Shown here piece by piece: positions 58,370-64,000 of a stretch of 64,000 nucleotides of DNA (positions are counted from its first letter, which is position 1; every line of letters begins with the position of its first letter). The position numbers and the translations under genes were made by a program. The notes under the pieces are model-generated. The model was given only the letters and a program-made list of their open reading frames with translations. It searched no databases and was not told the DNA's origin. The DNA lies in contig NIVC01001435.1 in the NCBI GenBank assembly GCA_002269645.1, forward strand, positions 1 through 64,000, given 5' to 3'. The DNA is from Macrostomum lignano (taxonomy: Eukaryota).

Positions 58370-60145
58370 TCACAGCGCGGATTGCGAAGTTAAAGCAGAC
58401 CCGCCGGCAGGAGAGAGGTTCGATTCGGCCAGCACTCGCCGCACCACCCGATCGCAGAGGTCGCGCATGGCTGACGGCTGGCAGCTGTGCTCAAGCCAGG
58501 CTAGCGATCGGCCGGACAGCTCAACAAAACTCGACGCGTCGCCAGTGGCTGAATTAAACGAATCGAATAATTCGTCCATAACGCTGCGAAAGACGGCCAG
58601 TTTAACGCTGTCCGGCACGCGGACGGAGGCGGCGGCGGCGGACAGCGAGGAGGTCAGTCTGCCTGAGGCCAGCAACTGGCGGTAGCTTTCTTCGATCACC
58701 TGTAGCGCCGCTACCTGCGAGTTGTTGGGATTAGAAATCTATTATAAAATATATTTTTGTCTCTTGAAGCTCTGCTAACTGACTTGCAGCTTTGCGGGGT
58801 CATTTTTGGCGACAAATTAATCAAGTTGATTGTTTTCCCGACACAAATGGCTAGGCTCACAGATGCTATATTAGCTACTTTTCATAAGTAGTATTATCTC
58901 GTATTTCTACTACGTATGAGTGCAAGCCTAGGGGGTTGTAGCTTAGTGGTTAAAGCGTCGGACGGACGACTTGAAGGTCGGGGGTTCGATTCTCGACTCA
59001 CTAGGAACAATTTGTGTCCTTGAGCAAGACACTTAACTCTGCATTGCTTCAGTTCACCCAGCTGTGAAATAGGTGCCAGCATTAGCTGGGGTAATTGAGG
59101 CTGTGTGGCGACCCGTGGCGACTATTTTTGGAATTTCCTATTTTTGGATATTAAATTCTATGCTATTGCTACGGCGCTTCGTGGGACGTGGCGCTCGATT
59201 ATTTTCTCGGAAAATCAGAAATCGGAAAATCGAGCTAAAGCTCGATAATTAATTAGAAAGAATTAATTACTTCTACCTTCGAGTCTTCTCTAACTCGTCT
59301 TTAATTGCCTATCCTCACGCCAGATGTTTAACCACCAAAGCAATGTATACTGACCCGCAACTAAATGTACATTACTCCTTCAGTTCTTATTTTACCCCCC
59401 CCCCCCTCCTTAATTTCTTGCCTATCCTCTCGCTCTGGGGTTTAGGTATCTACTATGTACATTAACTACTGTACGTTGTTTTCTGCCTTTCATTTCTAAC
59501 TCTAGCCCCAGTTTTATGGCCTATCATCAAGTCAGGGGGGGTAAAACTTCCATCAATGTACGCTGTCCCGCTAGAAAATGTACATTACACTCGCCATTAA
59601 ATTACAGCCTATTCATTTTATTTCCAATCCTCAGGCCCGGGGTTAAAGCATCAAACTTTTACGCGCAAAAGTACATTTTAGCTACTATTAACACATTTTA
59701 TATTTGTATAGTAGCTTTATATCAATTACTAATCCAGCACACAGAAACTACAGCAGCTTTTTTTACTTCACTTGCTACTTGCAAGTATAATAAGCTGAAA
59801 GTACAAAGAATTAACCTGTTTTTTCAAGCAGTCCAACTCGGTCTCCTGCAGTTCCCGCTGCCTATTTAGAGACTCCATGTGCCGAATCGATCGCTGCAGG
59901 ATTGTCGCCTTGCTAAGCGCGGCTCCTTTGCCGCCGCCGTCGCTGGTCCCGCCGCCAGACTGGACCTGTTCGCTCAGCCTCTCGTAGCCCAGCTTAATGC
60001 TGTCGCGCCGTTTCTGCTCGGACTGCAGGTGCAACTCCCGACGCCTGTCCGCGGCCGCTGCTGCGGCGGCTGCGGCATCATCATTACACTGCTGCTGTTG
60101 CTGCTTGCGCTCTTCATCGGACTGAGTAGTCTTGAGCATGACCAT
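58370..60145 (-). CDS. MLX: MLX (Max-like protein X) bHLH-Zip transcription factor, at least 2 exons
   Basis: Exons 60145-59816 (first in-frame ATG; an upstream exon is possible) and 58714-58370, phase 0. bHLH HLQSEQKRRDSIKLGY...LSKATILQRSI, zipper LKKQ-VAALQVI and DCD region VKLAVFRSVMDELFDSFN...WLEHSCQP match human MLX (EQKRRDAIKRGY, VKFNVFQGIMDSLFQSFN, WIEEHCKP). Confidence 0.9.
58930..59114 (+). mobile_element. SINE copy truncated at the 3' end, in the MLX intron
   Basis: A/B boxes plus CORE-like body; similarity stops after GTGGCGACCC. Confidence 0.82.
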
Positions 60146-60291
60146 GCAATTATAATGGATTTCTGGCGTATTAGTGCTCTGAATTTCTCTCACAGATCTT
60201 TGCAACCTTCACCAATAGTGGACAAGATAAAGTGCCAGTTGATGCCCACTGAGTGCTAGCTAATTACCACTGAGTGCGAGCTAATACCCTC

Positions 60292-60665
60292 CAGATGCCA
60301 GCTAATACCCTCTAGATGCTTGCAAATACCCTATAGATGCTTGCAAATACCCTATAGATGCTTGCAAATACCCTATAGATGTCTGTAAATACCCTCTAGA
60401 TGCCAGCCAATACCGTCTAGATGCCAGCCAATACCCTCTAGATGCCAGCTAATACCCTCTAGACGCCAGCTAATACCCTCTAGATGCCAGCTAATACCCT
60501 TTAGATGCCAGCTAATACCCTCTAGACGCCAGCTAATACCCTCTAGACGCCAGCTAATACCCTCTAGACGCCAGCTAATACCCTCTAGATACCAGCCAAT
60601 ACCCTCTAGATGCCAGCTAATACCCTCTAGACGCCAGCTAATACCCTCTAGATGCCAGCTAATAC
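60292..60665. repeat. 21-bp minisatellite GCCAGCTAATACCCTCTAGAT
   Basis: About 17 copies just upstream of MLX. Confidence 0.93.
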
Positions 60666-61347
60666 CCACAAACAAATAGTTGTTACCTACTAAAAGCTAC
60701 CTCAAAATGAAGCGGAAAGCAAAGCGAGACTGAAGGAACGAATGAGTGCGATTGCAATTATTACAATTATTCAGGTACCGATTTAATTATGCGCGCAGAT
60801 TTCTGAATAACTGGCAGGCCAGCACTATAGTTTTGTGCAGAAAATTGAAAGAAAAAAATGTGCTAAGAAAGCATATTAGACAATAAATGAAATTATTTGA
60901 TCACCAATTGATAGGAATCATATACATATACATATATTGTTTCTGTTGGTGTGTATAGAGTATTAGAAAATTGAATATATTAATGAAAAGGCCGGTTAAA
61001 TGTATAAAAAAACGAGGTGCTTTTTGAACACAACAGGGAATGCTTTTCATTGAAAAAAAATCAAAGACAGCTGTGCAAAAGGATTTTGTAAAGGAATTTG
61101 GGGCTTAAAACTGCTTCCTTTCATTTTAATAAAGAAAACTTAACATTGCCGTCAGTCAGCCAATCAGTGAATAAATTTTTATATTCAAATGCATATATAA
61201 CTATAACAAACTAAATTATGGCATACTTTTAAATATCTTGATTTTTTATTGGACTACTAAGAGTAGTAGATAACAGAAGTTCATAAGGCACGGCGAAACA
61301 AATCATGAATTGAAACACCGCTGCACTTCAGCCGACATTTACCTAAA

Positions 61348-62888
61348 AAAGTGCCAGTTGACACCCTTAAAAGTACCAGTTGACACCCTTAAAAGTACCA
61401 GTTGACACCCTTAACCAGTTGACACCCTTAAAGTACCAGTTGACATCCTCAGAGTACCAGTTGACATCCTCAGAGTACCAGTTGACATCCTCAGAGTACC
61501 AGTTGACACCCTTAAAAGTGCCAGTTGACACCCTTAAAAGTGCCAGTTGACACCCTTAAAAGTGCCAGTTGACACCCTTAAAGTACCAGTTGACACCCTT
61601 AAAGTACCAGTTGACACCCTTAAAGTACCAGTTGACACCCTTAAAGTACCAGTTGACACCCTTAAAGTACCAGTTGACACCCTAAAGTACCAGTTGACAC
61701 CCTTAAAGTACCAGTTGACACCCTTAAAAGTACCAGTTGACACCCTTAAAAGTACCAGTTGACACCCTTAAAAGTAAAGTACCAGTTGACATCCTCAGAG
61801 TACCAGTTGACATCCTCAGAGTACCAGTTGACACCCTTAAAAGTGCCAGCTGACACCCTTAAAAGTGCCAGTTGACACCCTTAAAAGTACCAGTTGACAC
61901 CCTTAAAAGTACCAGTTGACACCCTTAACCAGTTGACACCCTTAAAGTACCAGTTGACATCCTCAGAGTACCAGTTGACATCCTCAGAGTACCAGTTGAC
62001 ATCCTCAGAGTACCAGTTGACACCCTTAAAAGTGCCAGTTGACACCCTTAAAAGTGCCAGTTGACACCCTTAAAGTACCAGTTGACACCCTTAAAGTACC
62101 AGTTGACACCCTTAAAGTACCAGTTGACACCCTTAAAGTACCAGTTGACACCCTTAAAGTACCAGTTGACACCCTTAAAGTACCAGTTGACACCCTTAAA
62201 GTACCAGTTGACACCCTTAAAGTACCAGTTGACACCCTTAAAAGTACCAGTTGACACCCTTAAAAGTACCAGTTGACACCCTTAAAAGTAAAGTACCAGT
62301 TGACATCCTCAGAGTACCAGTTGACATCCTCAGAGTACCAGTTGACACCCTTAAAGTACCAGTTGACACCCTTAAAGTACCAGTTGACACCCTTAAAGTA
62401 CCAGTTGACACCCTTAAAAGTACCAGTTGACACCCTTAAAAGTACCAGTTGACACCCTTAAAAGTAAAGTACCAGTTGACATTTTCAGAGTACCAGTTGA
62501 CACCCTTAAAAGTGCCAGCTGACACCCTTAAAAGTGCCAGTTGACACCCTTAAAAGTACCAGTTGACACCCTTAAAAGGACCAGTTGACACCCTTAAAAG
62601 TACCAGTTGACACCCTTAAAAGTACCAGTTGACACCCTTAAAAGTAAAGTACCAGTTGACATCCTCAGAGTACCAGTTGACATCCTCAGAGTACCAGTTG
62701 ACACCCTTAAAAGTGCCAGCTGACACCCTTAAAAGTGCCAGTTGACACCCTTAAAAGTACCAGTTGACACCCTTAAAAGGACCAGTTGACACCCTTAAAA
62801 GTACCAGTTGACACCCTTAAAAGTACCAGTTGACACCCTTAAAAGTACCAGTTGACACCCTTAAAAGTGCCAGTCGACACCCTTAAAA
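61348..62888. repeat. 21-22-bp satellite AAAGTACCAGTTGACACCCTT with duplicated blocks
   Basis: About 70 copies; rare variants recur roughly 0.5 kb apart. Confidence 0.95.
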
Positions 62889-63321
62889 TTGCTGGGTGAC
62901 AATGTGACTGAGCATAGTAGACTGAGCATAGTAGTACTCAGACAATAATTAATAATAAAAAACTTAAAGCTACACAAAGCGAGTAGAGACTTGGACAATG
63001 CAGTGTTGAGTGAACAAACTCCTATAAAGTTAGATCAGATACACAGGACAGCAAGCACAGAACATTGGACAATAATAAAACAAGATTGGCTAAAATATTT
63101 TACCCAGTTGAAATTAGCCCGTATTAACTATAGTCCCAATTGGACATTGCTCAGCAAATGACAATCTGAACTATAGTACAAAAGCGATTAACCTACAGAA
63201 ACAAACTTTTGTTTAATCACAACATTGCTGAGAAGAAAGGAAAAATTGCTCCAATAGCGTCGGGGCTTATTTTTTAAATAAAAAACTGTACTAAATGATA
63301 ACTGTACTCTTGGGAGGGCGG

Positions 63322-63886
63322 TGGTGGCCCAGCAACTGAGGATCTGGGAGGCTGGCCCAGCAGCTGAGGATCTGGGAGGCTGGCCCAGCAACTGAGGATC
63401 TGGGAGGGTGGCTCAGCAGCTGAGGATCTGGGAGGCTGGCTCAGCAGCTGAGGATCTGGGAGGGTGACCCAGCAGCTGAGGATCTGGGAGGCTGGTCTAG
63501 CAGCTGAGGATCTGGGAGGGTGGCTCAGCAACTGAGGATCTGGGAGGGTGGCTCAGCAACTGAGGATCTGGGAGGGTGGTCCAGCAACTGAGGATCTGGG
63601 AGGGTGGCTCAGCAACTGAGGATCTGGGAGGGTGGCTCAGCAACTGAGGATCTGGGAGGGTGGCTCAGCAACTGAGGATCTGGGAGGGTGGTCCAGCAAC
63701 TGACACTCTGGGAGGCTGGTCCAGCAACTGACACTCTGGGAGGGTGGCTCAGCAGCTGAGGATCTGGGAGGGTGGCTCAGCAGCTGATGATCTGGGAGGG
63801 TGGCTCAGCAGCTGAGGATCTGGAAGGCTGGTTCAGCAACTGAGGATCTGGGAGGGCGGCCCAGCAGCTGAGGATCTGGGAGGGTG
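63322..63886. repeat. 28-bp minisatellite CAGCAACTGAGGATCTGGGAGGGTGGCT
   Basis: About 20 copies. Confidence 0.93.
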
Positions 63887-64000
63887 GCGATAGACAAAAT
63901 AGCAAATGCCTCAAGCAGACAGCAACAGTTCATTCAAAGTGGAACTAAGCAGAACCAGCAGTCCCAGCCAATCAGCGCATCCTGAGAGCATTCAAGAGCA

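Noticed and set aside
54274-60145. Functional metabolic cluster of SLC25A44 and MLX
   Set aside because: Adjacency of two convergent genes is not evidence of co-regulation.

Overview
Eukaryotic (metazoan) genomic DNA. GC-rich exons are separated by introns that are often packed with intron-specific minisatellites, a style that suggests a flatworm such as Macrostomum (inference, not proven). I reconstructed six spliced genes by hand from splice sites and reading phase: the 5' end of a voltage-gated Ca-channel alpha2delta subunit (-, runs off the left edge), Rabenosyn-5 (+), a bestrophin chloride channel (+), a class II DYRK kinase (-), an SLC25A44-like mitochondrial carrier (+) and MLX (-). 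The window also holds five copies or fragments of a tRNA-derived CORE-type SINE, two MITE-like hairpins and about 30 tandem-repeat arrays. Almost all long ORFs in the supplied track are translations of these repeats. The most interesting locus is the bestrophin. It has two tandem paralogous first coding exons that can each splice in phase to shared downstream exons, and the intron after the second exon carries two mutually complementary minisatellites that could form an RNA bridge. It also shows a large cytosolic insertion with a candidate microexon and a 1-nt frameshift in the last exon. Other items of note are two GC-AG introns, a carrier gene that may get its AUG from a trans-spliced leader, and a 4.6-kb palindromic 36-bp satellite with higher-order structure. 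Exon coordinates were counted manually and repeat boundaries are approximate.
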